A stretch of DNA of 64,000 nt, taken from NCBI GenBank assembly GCA_043798935.1, contig JAZDOC010000006.1:24996-88995 (forward strand), read 5' to 3'. Shown piece by piece: positions 37,701 through 48,576 of this stretch. Made by a program: the position numbers and the translations under genes. The notes under the pieces are model-generated. The model was not told where the DNA came from. It did no database searches and was given only the letters and a program-made list of their open reading frames with translations. Each line of letters opens with the position of its first letter. Positions within the stretch are counted from its first letter, which is position 1. Source of the stretch: Patescibacteria group bacterium (GTDB taxonomy: Bacteria; Patescibacteriota; Patescibacteriia; UBA9570; JAHJKD01).

Positions 37701-38870
37701 ATGATTAGCAAAAAAAATATTCTCATGATTGCCGCAACGCCATTTTTTTCTGATCGTGGTTGTCATATTCGTATATACAATGAAATAAAATATTTATTAA
37801 AAAATAATATTTCTGTAGATCTTTGCACTTATAATTTGGGAAAAAATCCGCCCGGTATCGATATATGTAATATTAAGCGTTCAATAAATATTCCCTGGTA
37901 TCGCAAAACTACACCCGGTGCTTCATGGCATAAAATTTATTTGGACTTCTTTTTGTTGCTCACTTCCATAAAACATTGGGCTCATACTAAAAATAGAATA
38001 ATCCACGCTCATTTATATGAAGCATTATGCATTGCTATAATTATTAAGATTATCTCTTTTGGAAAAAGTAAAATTATTTTTGACTGCCAGGGAAGCTTAG
38101 CTGAAGAAATGTATCAGTATACATTATCAAAAAATAAATTTATGAGATTGTTTTATTATTTTTTTATAGTTATTGAAAAATTTTTACTTTTATTTCCCGA
38201 TTACATATTTTGTAGCTCGACTAATAGTCGAGATTTATTATTAAAACGATATAAGATTGATATAAATAAGATCGATGTGCTAAATGATGGAATTGATTTT
38301 GATCTTTTTTTGAACTTTGATAGAGTTAAAGAAAAAAAAGACCTAAAACACAAATTAAATATTGCAGATGAACAAAATATAATTTTATATACGGGCTCAT
38401 TAAGCCGAGCGAAAGGAGTAGATAAGTATTTAGAAGCGTTAGAAGGTATTAGTATAAATAACCCCGGGTATATTTTTGTTTTTGCTGGTTATGGTGAATT
38501 AGAAGAAGTGTATAAAATAAAATATCATCAAATGATCATCGAAAAGAAATTATTTTTTTTAGGAGGATTTGATTATTTTTCTTTACCAAAAATTTTATCA
38601 ATTGCAGATATTTTTATCGAACCAAAAAATAATAGCAGTGAATCTTCAGGTAAAATATATAATTATTTGTTTTTTGGTTTACCAATTATTTGTTTTAAAA
38701 ATAAATTAACCAGTAAGTTGTTAGATGATAACGGTGTATTTATTGATAATTATCAAGAATTTGTTAAATTAGATAATATAAAATCAAATATTTATTCCAT
38801 TAATATACCAGAAGAATTATCATGGCAAAAAATTATTTCCAAATGTATCACATTATATGAAAAATATTAA
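37701..38870 (+). CDS. glycosyltransferase family 4
   Basis: GT-B architecture, RAKGVDKYLEAL and C-terminal E-x7-E-like region; weaker than other GT4 calls. Confidence 0.6.
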   Translation: MISKKNILMIAATPFFSDRGCHIRIYNEIKYLLKNNISVDLCTYNLGKNPPGIDICNIKRSINIPWYRKTTPGASWHKIYLDFFLLLTSIKHWAHTKNRIIHAHLYEALCIAIIIKIISFGKSKIIFDCQGSLAEEMYQYTLSKNKFMRLFYYFFIVIEKFLLLFPDYIFCSSTNSRDLLLKRYKIDINKIDVLNDGIDFDLFLNFDRVKEKKDLKHKLNIADEQNIILYTGSLSRAKGVDKYLEALEGISINNPGYIFVFAGYGELEEVYKIKYHQMIIEKKLFFLGGFDYFSLPKILSIADIFIEPKNNSSESSGKIYNYLFFGLPIICFKNKLTSKLLDDNGVFIDNYQEFVKLDNIKSNIYSINIPEELSWQKIISKCITLYEKY

Positions 38871-39975
38871 AATCGGAATTGACATCAGAACTGTTTCGCA
38901 GGGCGCGGGAGTAGCAACATATGTGAATAATGTAATTCCTCGATTATTAAAGAAAATGGAGAATTACGATGTTTATTTATTTTCCATGAAAAAAATAAAT
39001 AAAAACTTTTTTTCCAATAATAACAATGTAAAATTAGTAGTTTTTCCGATTCCAAAACTTTTTTTATTATTTTATGATTGGTTTTGTCTTCCTGTATACT
39101 GTTATTTCAAAGGAGTTAATATTTTTCACGGAACAAAGAGTGCCTGTTCGCCATTATATAAATTATTTGGTATCAAAACTATTGTTAATTTGCACGATGT
39201 AATACCTTTAACTAATCCTGAAACCGAACGAATTCCAAATTATATATATTGGAAGATTCAAATCCCTTTAGCGTATTATTTTGCCGATTCAATAATTACC
39301 CTTTCTAATTTTTCTAGCGAAGAGCTTATTAGAAGATACAAGAGACGAAAAAATTTATTTGTAGTTTATGCTTCCGGCAATAAAATTGATTTTGAAAATA
39401 ATATAATAAATTGGGACGAGTTTAAACAAAAAAACGGTTTAGCAGAAAAATATTTGTTATATGTAGGTACATTGCAGCCTAGAAAAAACGTTTTAAATGC
39501 AATAAAAGCATTTTGTATTTCAGATATTAATCATAGTTCCCAGTTTGTAGTTGTAGGTAAAAAGGGATGGCTATATAAAGACATTTTTGATTACACTAAG
39601 CAAAATAATCTAGAAAAGAAAATTATTTTTTTAGATTATATTAGTAATAGCGAGCTAGATGCAGTTTATAATCATGCATCAGCGTTCATTTATATTTCTT
39701 CAAACGAAGGCTTTGGTTTGCCTATTATTGAAGCAATGGAGCACAATTTACCGGTCATTACATCAAGTTGTAGTTGTTTACCTGAAATCGCTGGGGATAC
39801 TGCCGTTCTTGTAGATCCAACTGATATAAATGGAATTGCAAACGCAATAAATAAAGTTTTTTGTGATGAAAATTTACGCGAACAGATGATTATAAAAGGA
39901 AAAAAAAATATCCTTAAATTTAACTGGGAGACTACCGCGGAAGAAATTTGGGCAGTTTATCAGAAATATTTATAA
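38857..39975 (+). CDS. glycosyltransferase family 4
   Basis: EGFGLPIIEAMEHNLPVITSSCSCLPEIAGDTAVLVDP. Confidence 0.8.
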   Translation: MKNIKIGIDIRTVSQGAGVATYVNNVIPRLLKKMENYDVYLFSMKKINKNFFSNNNNVKLVVFPIPKLFLLFYDWFCLPVYCYFKGVNIFHGTKSACSPLYKLFGIKTIVNLHDVIPLTNPETERIPNYIYWKIQIPLAYYFADSIITLSNFSSEELIRRYKRRKNLFVVYASGNKIDFENNIINWDEFKQKNGLAEKYLLYVGTLQPRKNVLNAIKAFCISDINHSSQFVVVGKKGWLYKDIFDYTKQNNLEKKIIFLDYISNSELDAVYNHASAFIYISSNEGFGLPIIEAMEHNLPVITSSCSCLPEIAGDTAVLVDPTDINGIANAINKVFCDENLREQMIIKGKKNILKFNWETTAEEIWAVYQKYL

Positions 39976-40002
39976 TATAATAACTATCTATATTGTCTCA
40001 CG

Positions 40003-41100
40003 ATGAATAAAATTTTAATAATAACGAGAGAATTTCCCCCACATGTTATAGGAGGTGCTGGTTTTCATTCATTTTTTTTAGCTAAATCTTTTTTGGAAAA
40101 TAATATTAAAGTAACAGTTTTCTCGGCATATAATGGATCGAAAGATATTACCGAAACAGTATTGGTTAATAATAACAATTTTGATATTAATCGGATAACA
40201 TATTTTAATAAAATTATTCCAAGAATTTGGTTTAATAGAAAAATAATAAAAATTTTAAGAAATATAGATTTAACTGATTATGATGCTATAATTTCGCATG
40301 AATATATTGATTTTACAAAAATAAAGTTTGGCGGAAAAAAAATATTAAAAACACATATTAATATATTTAAAAAAAGTGAAGAATACAAAGAAAAAAAAAT
40401 ATTGCATTTTTTTATGAATTATTTCATTTGGCCTTTTGAGCGATCTTTAGAAAAAAAATCTTTATTTTCGGCTGATATTATTATCCATAATAGTAGATTA
40501 ACTCGTAATTTGTATATCCAGAAATTTCCGGAGCTTAAAAAAATAGAACAGCAAGTTGTTTATAATGGTGTAGAAAGTGATAAATTTGAATTTTGTGTTG
40601 ACAAAAAAAAATATTTTCTTTTTGTGGGTGGCGATTCACGCAGAAAAGGATTTAATAATATTCTTAAATTAGCAAAATTATTGCCAGATGATTTTACAAT
40701 AAAGATCGCAGGAACAATGAATAAAAAAAATCGAAATATTGTAAATAATATTCATAATATTGAATATATTGGCAAGATTAGCCAAAGTGATTTGATTCAT
40801 TATTACAAGAATGCATTAGTATTAGTACACCCATGTTTTTACGAGCCATTTGGTAATGTTATATTTGAAGCATTGGCGTGTGGCTCATTAGCAATAATAT
40901 CAAATGAAAAATATTGTGGCGCCGCGGAAATTATTCCTAATTCTTTTTCTATTAGAGTAGATCCATATGATATTAAGATAAATTTAGACGAGTTAAAAAA
41001 TAAACTATCAAAAATAAACAGAAAAGAACTTGCTGCGTTTATTAAACAAAATTCTTGGAATTTACATTGTAATAAAATAATTAATTTAATTCTTAAATAA
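40003..41100 (+). CDS. glycosyltransferase family 4
   Basis: EPFGNVIFEALACGSLAIISN; PPHVIGGAGFHSFFLAKSF N-terminal GT4 motif. Confidence 0.75.
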   Translation: MNKILIITREFPPHVIGGAGFHSFFLAKSFLENNIKVTVFSAYNGSKDITETVLVNNNNFDINRITYFNKIIPRIWFNRKIIKILRNIDLTDYDAIISHEYIDFTKIKFGGKKILKTHINIFKKSEEYKEKKILHFFMNYFIWPFERSLEKKSLFSADIIIHNSRLTRNLYIQKFPELKKIEQQVVYNGVESDKFEFCVDKKKYFLFVGGDSRRKGFNNILKLAKLLPDDFTIKIAGTMNKKNRNIVNNIHNIEYIGKISQSDLIHYYKNALVLVHPCFYEPFGNVIFEALACGSLAIISNEKYCGAAEIIPNSFSIRVDPYDIKINLDELKNKLSKINRKELAAFIKQNSWNLHCNKIINLILK

Positions 41101-41112
41101 AATTATTTTAAA

Positions 41113-42420
41113 TTGGAAAATATTAATATGATAAAAATAATTAAAGAGTTAATTAATAAAAATAAGTTGTTGATACATAATTTTTCAGCTTTATCTGCTT
41201 TGCAAGTTGCAGAATATGTTTTTCCACTTATTACTTTACCATATTTAGTAAGAGTTTTAGGTCCAGATAAATTTGGTTTGGTAGTTTTTGCTCAATCGTT
41301 TATTGCTTATTTTATTTTGTTAACCGAATATGGTTTTAAATTATCGGCAACCAGAGAAATATCAATAAATCGGAATGATAATAATAAAGTTTCGCAAATT
41401 TTTTGTTCTGTATATATTGTATATTTTTTATTATTTATAGTTTCCACGGCAGTGTTTTCTGTTATTGTATTTAATATACCAAAATTTCATTCAGAGTACA
41501 TTGTTTATTTATTTGCATATATTATGGTTTTTGGAACCATTATATTTCCTGTATGGCTTTTTCAGGGCATGGAAAAGATGAAGTATATAACAATTATTAA
41601 TGTTTCCGTAAAATTATTATTTTTAATTTTTATATTTATTTTTATTAAAAATCAAGATGATTATATTTATGTGCCATTAATAAGCTCATTAGGTTTTTTA
41701 ATGTCAGGTTTGATTGCGCTTGTTTTCGGAATAAAAATTTTTAAAATTAAATTGATTTTACCAAAATATCATTTTGTACTACATCAACTTAAAGAAGGAT
41801 GGTATATATTTATATCAACGATCGCAATTAGCCTTTATTCCAATTCGAATGTGTTTATCCTTGGCATGTTTACAAGTAATACAGTAGTTGGCTACTATTC
41901 TGGTGCAGAAAAAATTATTAAAGCTGTTAAGAGCTTAATGATTCCAATTTCGCAATCAGTCTATCCTCATATAAATAAAATTGCTAATGAGTCTCATGAA
42001 AAAGCATTATTTTTTATTAAAAAATTATTTAAAATCGTTGGCGGTGGTACATTTGTTATGTCTTCGATAATTTTTTTATTTGCCGATCGAATTATTAGTG
42101 TTGCCTTAGGTCCTCAATATCAGCAGTCCATAATAATTTTAAGATTATTATCTTTTTTACCGTTTTTAGTAGGCTTAAGCAATGTTTTAGGAATTCAAAC
42201 CATGCTTACATTTAATTTTAAAAAAGCTTTTTCAAAGATACTATCAATAGCAGGTTTGTTTAGTATTGTTGCAGTTTTTATTATCGCCCCAATTTACCAG
42301 GGTGCTGGTATTGCATTAACGTTGCTTATAACAGAATTATTCATTACTATTAGTATGTTTGTATATCTTTATAAGAAAGGTTTAAATATTTTAACTTTAC
42401 GGAAAAATGAAAAAAAATAA
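41113..42420 (+). CDS. oligosaccharide flippase, MOP/Wzx family
   Basis: 435 aa, about 12 TM helices, immediately upstream of glf. Confidence 0.65.
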   Translation: MENINMIKIIKELINKNKLLIHNFSALSALQVAEYVFPLITLPYLVRVLGPDKFGLVVFAQSFIAYFILLTEYGFKLSATREISINRNDNNKVSQIFCSVYIVYFLLFIVSTAVFSVIVFNIPKFHSEYIVYLFAYIMVFGTIIFPVWLFQGMEKMKYITIINVSVKLLFLIFIFIFIKNQDDYIYVPLISSLGFLMSGLIALVFGIKIFKIKLILPKYHFVLHQLKEGWYIFISTIAISLYSNSNVFILGMFTSNTVVGYYSGAEKIIKAVKSLMIPISQSVYPHINKIANESHEKALFFIKKLFKIVGGGTFVMSSIIFLFADRIISVALGPQYQQSIIILRLLSFLPFLVGLSNVLGIQTMLTFNFKKAFSKILSIAGLFSIVAVFIIAPIYQGAGIALTLLITELFITISMFVYLYKKGLNILTLRKNEKK

Positions 42421-43519
42421 AAAAATATTAATTGTCGGAGCTGGAATTACTGGGATTACTTTGGCTGAAAGATTTGCGAATGTTGGAAATACGGTTTTGA
42501 TAATTGAAAAGCGAGAACAAATTGGCGGAAATTGTTATGATTATAAAAATGATAATAATTTATTAGTGCATAAATATGGGCCTCACATTTTTCATACAGA
42601 TTATAAAGATGTTTGGAATTATTTATCTAAATTCACAGAATGGATTCCATACAAACATAAAGTAACTGGGTTAATTGATGGAAAAAATGTTCCAATACCA
42701 TTTAATTTAGATACATTGAATAAATTAATACCTGAAAAATCTGAAAAACTTGAAAAAAAATTAATAAATTATTTTGGAAAAAATAAAAAAGTCACTATTT
42801 TAGATTTAAAAAAGTTAAAAGATTCAGATTTTAAATTTTTAGCTAATTTTATATATGAGAAAGTTTTTTTATATTATACTCAAAAGCAATGGGGATTAAA
42901 ACCAGAAAAGATTGATCCATCTGTAACTGCCAGAGTACCAATAAACATATCACAAGAAGATGGATATTTTTTCGACAAATATCAAGCAATGCCAAAAAAT
43001 GGATATACGGCGATGTTTAAAAAAATGCTTGCTCATAAAAATATTAAAATTAATTTAAATACTGATTACAAAAAAAATAAAAATAATACAGATTTTGATT
43101 TAATATATTATTCAGGGCCGATTGATGAATTCTTTAATTATGAATTTGGGCGATTAGAATATCGTTGTTTTAAATTAATGCTTAAAACATTTAATAAAAA
43201 AGATTTTCAGCCATCTGCAGTCGTTAATTATCCGGACTTAGAGCATAGATTTACCAGAACTACAGAATTTAAAAAATTAACAATGCAAAAAAATAGCAAA
43301 ACAATAATTGCTTATGAATATCCTGGAAAAACAGGTTATGTTGGTTGGCCGTTTTTAAATGATAAAAATAATAAAATTTTAAGTAAGTATAATAGTAAAG
43401 CTAAAAAAATAAAGAAGGTAACCTTTGTCGGCAGACTGGGTGAATTTAAATACTATGACATGGATGATGCAATTAATAATGCATTAAATATATTTAATAA
43501 AAATAATCATGGAAAATAA
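42407..43519 (+). CDS. glf: UDP-galactopyranose mutase
   Basis: ILIVGAGITGITLAERF FAD motif, GGNCYDY, HKYGPHIFHT signatures; 370 aa. Confidence 0.85.
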   Translation: MKKNKKILIVGAGITGITLAERFANVGNTVLIIEKREQIGGNCYDYKNDNNLLVHKYGPHIFHTDYKDVWNYLSKFTEWIPYKHKVTGLIDGKNVPIPFNLDTLNKLIPEKSEKLEKKLINYFGKNKKVTILDLKKLKDSDFKFLANFIYEKVFLYYTQKQWGLKPEKIDPSVTARVPINISQEDGYFFDKYQAMPKNGYTAMFKKMLAHKNIKINLNTDYKKNKNNTDFDLIYYSGPIDEFFNYEFGRLEYRCFKLMLKTFNKKDFQPSAVVNYPDLEHRFTRTTEFKKLTMQKNSKTIIAYEYPGKTGYVGWPFLNDKNNKILSKYNSKAKKIKKVTFVGRLGEFKYYDMDDAINNALNIFNKNNHGK

Positions 43520-44432
43520 TAATTTAGTAAAAATCGCTGCAGTAGTTGTAACATACAACAGAAAAGAATTACTTAAAGAGTGTTTAGATTCCTTATTGAA
43601 GCAAGATCATAAGTTAGATGCAATTATTATAATAGATAATGCTTCAAACGACGGTACTGGAGAGATGTTAGAAAAAAAATACTTAAATAATTCTGTTTTT
43701 GATTACATTAATTTAAAAGAAAATTTAGGTGGAGCGGGTGGATTCCACTATGGAATTAAAAGAGCTTGCGAAAAAGGGTTTGATTGGATTTGGTGTATGG
43801 ATGATGACGTGGTTCCACAGTCAAACGCATTGCAAAATATGCTTAATGTTTCTTTGGATAAGAAAATTGGTTATTTATGTAGCAGAGTTGTCGGTATAAA
43901 TGGGGAGTCAATTAATACGCCGGTCATAGATTTTAGAAAAAACATTAATATGTATCCTTCTTGGGAAGAAAATTTAAATAAAAGCCTTGTTAAGGTTAGA
44001 TTTTCTACATTCGTATCTGTTCTTTTAAATCGAAATATTGTAAATAAAGTAGGACTACCTTTTAAGGAATTTTTTATTTGGGGTGATGACACTGAATATA
44101 CTTCGCGAATAACAAATATTTGTCCAGGGTACATTGTCGGTAATAGTATAGTTGTGCATAAGAGAAAGATTCAAGAACCACCGGAAATTTTTAGAGAAAA
44201 AGATCCAGTAAGAATTAAGAATTTTTTTTATAAAACTCGAAATGTATTATTTTATAAAAAAAAATATTCAAAACAATATTTTTTGCCATTTTCAATTATT
44301 TGGGAATTGTGTATTCTATTAAGATGTTTAGTTAGTTTTCCATATCCATTATTAAAAGCCAAAATAGTTTTAAAAGGATTGTTATTTTTCTTTTTTTTCC
44401 ATCCCAAAATTGAATTTCCAAAAGAAAAGTAA
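43509..44432 (+). CDS. glycosyltransferase family 2 (candidate galactofuranosyl/rhamnosyl transferase)
   Basis: AAVVVTYNRKELLKECLDSL, MDDD (DxD); translationally coupled to glf. Confidence 0.65.
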   Translation: MENNNLVKIAAVVVTYNRKELLKECLDSLLKQDHKLDAIIIIDNASNDGTGEMLEKKYLNNSVFDYINLKENLGGAGGFHYGIKRACEKGFDWIWCMDDDVVPQSNALQNMLNVSLDKKIGYLCSRVVGINGESINTPVIDFRKNINMYPSWEENLNKSLVKVRFSTFVSVLLNRNIVNKVGLPFKEFFIWGDDTEYTSRITNICPGYIVGNSIVVHKRKIQEPPEIFREKDPVRIKNFFYKTRNVLFYKKKYSKQYFLPFSIIWELCILLRCLVSFPYPLLKAKIVLKGLLFFFFFHPKIEFPKEK

Positions 44433-44459
44433 ATTTAGTTTATCAAAAATTTTTTTGAA

Positions 44460-46700
44460 TTAATTAAATATCACAATGCTAATTTTATCGTTATCAGAGT
44501 TTATCGTTTTTACAAAAATGGTGTTATCCATGTTAATTTTATCTAAATGATATTTTATTAGTTTGTAATTTCTCTCATCATAAACAAAAATTAATTTTTT
44601 CCCCTTATTAATATAATTAATAAAATTTTTATACGTAATTCCGATTATTTTTGTATTTCTTTCACGCAAACTTGTTTTTAGAATATCTCTTCTGTCTAAT
44701 AAATAGTTAATTTTTAGATCATTTTCTAAATAATTAACAAAAGCAAAGGAGTGATCGCTAATGGTTTTATAATCTTTAAATTCCGGTGACTTTAATATTT
44801 GAAATATTTCATGATAAGGAAGATTTTTTTGTTCATATTTAGAAGTCAGAGTTAATGGTGAATACGCTTCTTTTAATCCGGAAAATAAACTGATGCCAAT
44901 AATTGTTATTAGTAATATAGATAAAAAGACTTTAAATATTTTATTTTTTTTATTGTAAAAAGAAATAACGATATAAGCTGTAGCTATAAATATGAATGGA
45001 AAAATAAAATAGTAATATCTTAAAAGTGCGAAATAGCCGACTCCTTGGAAAGAAATTATCGAGTAAAGTCCAATAAGCATGGAAAATAAGTATATCTCGT
45101 TAATTTTACTTTTTTTAATTACACTATAAAAAAGTATTGCTAAAATTATTATTAAATAGAAATAATGATTAAAAAATAATTCAATTAAAAAATGCAAATA
45201 GTTTGCCTGATTATAAATTTCTCCAAACCAACTGGGCATTGTGTATTTCAGCCAAATTTCTTGATGGCTAATTAAATGACCAAGCAAAAGCAATGTTAAA
45301 GAAATTGTTGTTATTAATGTTCCGATCTTTTTTGATTTTAAGTATAAAATTAATCCGAAGAATAATAGCGCATATAAAATAAAAAAAGTTAAATCTTGTG
45401 TTTTAAACGAAATAAAGAAAATTATAGCTGAAATTAAAAAGTACGTAAATATTAAAATTAATTGCTTACAATATTTTTTTTTATTTTGCATGAATAAAGT
45501 TATGTGAAAAAAGTTTTTCAATCCTTTAAAAAGGAAAAAGTTGCCAATTAAAAATAAACATATAAACATTTCATAAAATCTTATTTCTCTCGCCATTGCA
45601 ATCCCAACCCAGGAAAAAGCAAAAAGAAATATAGCAAGTAAACCAGCTTTTTTATTTAGCAGTTCTTTTCCAAATAAATATAAAAAAATGGATGTTAAAA
45701 TATAAAAAGGTATATTCGCAATAATGCCAACCCAGAATTCATCATTAAATTGATAAAAGAACGATAAATAAGAATGATATAAAAAAGCTCTATTATATGC
45801 ATCGCCGTTAATTAATACATGTCCCAATCCATTTACAATATTTTGGGCAACACTTATAGATAAGCCTTCATCATACCATATAGATAATTTTTTAATATTG
45901 TTTAATCTAAGAGCAATGCCGGATATAATAATAGTTATTAAACCAATAATATACCATATGCCTTCTTTGTATACCCATTTAATAACATTTTTTAAAAGTG
46001 GAATTTTGTTAATTTTAGGGAATTTAACAGAGAATTCTGTAATTTTTTTTTGTTCAATTAATTTATCTGTTTCGATTAAGTCTTCATTTTCAATATCTTG
46101 TGCAATATCTTCTTTATTAAGATAAAATTTTAATAAACCAATGAAAATTGTCAGGACAAATAAAACAGACTGAAAATGATTAAAAATTTCAATTATATTT
46201 TTGCCAATATTAAGATTAGTCGATGGTTTGATAAGTGACAAAAAACTGCATAACAACAAAACGGGAAACAGATAAGAAGTAATTTTTTTTGTCCTTGCCA
46301 GTAATATAATTTTTTTTGTTATTTTTTGATAAATAATTACAATGGTTGTAATACAAATAATAAAAGTACTTATTAATAAATATAGCTGAAGGAAATCAAT
46401 ATTTTTTATTATAGAAGTGTCGCCATTTTTTAATATAAATGTATTAATAACAAATGCAAATAAATTAAAAAGTGTTACTACAAACAACAATAAAGACAAA
46501 TGATTACTTTGAAAATATTTTTTTGAAATTAATAAAAAAATAAGTAATAAAAGTGTTATTATAAAGATATATACATCAAAATAATGACAATTATTATAAA
46601 AAATAAATGTATATAATGCTGAAAATAAAATATTTAAAAAAACAACCACTATTAAGCCGATTTCGTAAAACAGTTGACTTTTATGTTTTAATTCAGACAT
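44460..46700 (-). CDS. large GT-C membrane glycosyltransferase, ArnT/PMT (GT39/GT83)-like, with a 230-aa N-terminal membrane extension
   Basis: 746 aa, at least 16 TM helices; loop motif SIWYDEGLSISVAQNIVNG (DE motif) characteristic of the ArnT/PMT_2 family. Confidence 0.5.
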   Translation of the reverse strand: MSELKHKSQLFYEIGLIVVVFLNILFSALYTFIFYNNCHYFDVYIFIITLLLLIFLLISKKYFQSNHLSLLLFVVTLFNLFAFVINTFILKNGDTSIIKNIDFLQLYLLISTFIICITTIVIIYQKITKKIILLARTKKITSYLFPVLLLCSFLSLIKPSTNLNIGKNIIEIFNHFQSVLFVLTIFIGLLKFYLNKEDIAQDIENEDLIETDKLIEQKKITEFSVKFPKINKIPLLKNVIKWVYKEGIWYIIGLITIIISGIALRLNNIKKLSIWYDEGLSISVAQNIVNGLGHVLINGDAYNRAFLYHSYLSFFYQFNDEFWVGIIANIPFYILTSIFLYLFGKELLNKKAGLLAIFLFAFSWVGIAMAREIRFYEMFICLFLIGNFFLFKGLKNFFHITLFMQNKKKYCKQLILIFTYFLISAIIFFISFKTQDLTFFILYALLFFGLILYLKSKKIGTLITTISLTLLLLGHLISHQEIWLKYTMPSWFGEIYNQANYLHFLIELFFNHYFYLIIILAILFYSVIKKSKINEIYLFSMLIGLYSIISFQGVGYFALLRYYYFIFPFIFIATAYIVISFYNKKNKIFKVFLSILLITIIGISLFSGLKEAYSPLTLTSKYEQKNLPYHEIFQILKSPEFKDYKTISDHSFAFVNYLENDLKINYLLDRRDILKTSLRERNTKIIGITYKNFINYINKGKKLIFVYDERNYKLIKYHLDKINMDNTIFVKTINSDNDKISIVIFN

Positions 46701-46776
46701 TAAACTGAATGTTGTTATGCATTTAAGTTAGTATTATATATATTAATATATATAATCGTTTCAATTATTTTTATTG

Positions 46777-46805
46777 TTGACATATCCGCATTAACTTCAT
46801 ATAAT
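46777..46805 (+). promoter_or_regulatory. perfect consensus sigma70 promoter TTGACA-17-TATAAT
   Basis: Exact hexamers and spacer; 38 nt upstream of the ATG at 46844. Confidence 0.6.
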
Positions 46806-46843
46806 ATACAAGAATTTATTAAAAAGATCAAGAAAAATTAACT

Positions 46844-47797
46844 ATGAACATTTTAATAACCGGGAGCGCGGGTTTTATTGGCTTTCATACAGCTAAAAAA
46901 CTCCTAGAAAGAGGCGACAATGTTATTGGAATCGATAATTTCAATGATTACTATGATGTTTCATTGAAAGAAGCCAGGAACAAAATATTAGAGACATTTC
47001 CTAATTTTAAGCTTTATAGACTCGATTTTTCTGATTTAAAAAGGTTGGAGCAGGTTTTTAAGTCCGAAAAAATAGAAAAAATTTGCCATCTTGGTGCACA
47101 GGCCGGCGTAAGATACTCTTTGGAAAATCCGCATGCTTATGAGATAACAAATATAAGTGGTACGCTTAATCTGCTGGAAATGGCTAGGAATTATAAAATA
47201 AAAGATTTTGTATTCGCTTCCTCATCTTCTGTTTACGGCGATAATAAAAAAGTTCCGTTTTCTGAAAGCGACAACGTGGATAATCCGATTTCTATTTATG
47301 CCGCCACAAAAAAAGCCGATGAATTAATGGCTTATACATATCATCATCTTTATGGTTTAAATTGCACAGGATTAAGGTTTTTTACAGTTTATGGACCATG
47401 GGGACGGCCAGATATGGCATTATTTAAATTTATCAAGCTAATTACAGCCGGTAAAGAAATTCCGGTATACGGAAACGGCCAGCATAAAAGGGATTTTACT
47501 TATATCGAAGATATTATTAGCGGAGTACTGAGTGCTATCGATAATCCATTCGGTTATGAAATTATTAATCTAGGAAACAATCAGCCCATAACGTTGAAAT
47601 ATTTTATCGAGATCATTGAAAAAGAGTTGAATCAGAAAGCCAGCAAGAAAATGCTGCCTAAACAACCAGGGGACGTTGATGAAACTTACGCTGATATTAT
47701 TAAAGCAAAAAAATTACTAAATTATGAACCTAAAACCAGTATTGAAGACGGAGTGAAGAAATTTATAGAATGGTATAAGGAATATTATAAAATATAA
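46844..47797 (+). CDS. UDP-glucuronate 4-epimerase-like SDR (UDP-GalA forming)
   Basis: ILITGSAGFIGFH; GIDNFNDYYDVSLKEAR motif typical of the Cap1J/GlaE/LpsL group; YAATKKA catalytic YxxxK. Confidence 0.7.
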   Translation: MNILITGSAGFIGFHTAKKLLERGDNVIGIDNFNDYYDVSLKEARNKILETFPNFKLYRLDFSDLKRLEQVFKSEKIEKICHLGAQAGVRYSLENPHAYEITNISGTLNLLEMARNYKIKDFVFASSSSVYGDNKKVPFSESDNVDNPISIYAATKKADELMAYTYHHLYGLNCTGLRFFTVYGPWGRPDMALFKFIKLITAGKEIPVYGNGQHKRDFTYIEDIISGVLSAIDNPFGYEIINLGNNQPITLKYFIEIIEKELNQKASKKMLPKQPGDVDETYADIIKAKKLLNYEPKTSIEDGVKKFIEWYKEYYKI

Positions 47798-47853
47798 TTT
47801 TAAATTGTAATTAACAAAGAAAGCGAGTCTCCCGACGAGCTAAAATAAAATAT

Positions 47854-48576
47854 ATGAAAGGAATAATACTTGCCGGTGGTAGCGGTTCGCGCTTGGCACC
47901 GCTTACAAAAGTAACCAGTAAACAATTACTGCCTATTTATAATAAACCCATGATTTATTACCCGCTTAATACTTTGCTGGAAGCTGGAATAAATGAAATA
48001 TTATTTATCGTGGCACCCGAACACGCGGGCGATTATGTAAATTTTTTAGGGTCGGGCAGAGAATTTAACGCCCGGTTTTCTTTTGAAGTGCAAGATAAAC
48101 CATTGGGGTTGGCACACGGGTTGTCGCTAGCGGAAAATTTTGTTAATGGAGAAACCTGTTGCATGATTCTGGGAGACAATATTTTTCTTGGACATGATTT
48201 TAAAAAGGATGTATCTGGCTTTACATCAGGCGCAAAAATTTATGTTAAAGAAGTGCCTGACCCGGAACGTTTTGGTGTGGCTGAATTCGATGCCGAGGGT
48301 CATGTAATATCAATTGAAGAAAAACCTAAAAATCCAAAAACAAATTTTGCTCAGGTAGGAATGTATATGTACGATGAGCCCGTTTTCGATTTAATTAAAA
48401 CCATGAAGCCATCAGACAGGGGCGAGTTGGAAATTACGGATTTAAATAATATTTATTTAAATAAAGGGGTTTTAACAGCTGAAATAATGACTGGAAACTG
48501 GATTGATGCCGGAACATTTGAATCTTTGCATAAAGCCGCAATATTAATTAGAGAACGAGAGTTGAATGAAAAATAA
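47854..48576 (+). CDS. glucose-1-phosphate thymidylyltransferase-like nucleotidyltransferase (short RmlA-type)
   Basis: MKGIILAGGSGSRLAPLTKVTSKQLLPIYNKPMIYYPL; 240 aa, shorter than canonical RmlA. Confidence 0.7.
   Translation: MKGIILAGGSGSRLAPLTKVTSKQLLPIYNKPMIYYPLNTLLEAGINEILFIVAPEHAGDYVNFLGSGREFNARFSFEVQDKPLGLAHGLSLAENFVNGETCCMILGDNIFLGHDFKKDVSGFTSGAKIYVKEVPDPERFGVAEFDAEGHVISIEEKPKNPKTNFAQVGMYMYDEPVFDLIKTMKPSDRGELEITDLNNIYLNKGVLTAEIMTGNWIDAGTFESLHKAAILIRERELNEK

Noticed and set aside
46731-46756. AT-only palindrome TATATATATTAATATATATA in the divergent intergenic region
   Set aside because: It is low-complexity (TA)n-like sequence typical of AT-rich intergenic DNA. It has no specific half-site content to argue for an operator.
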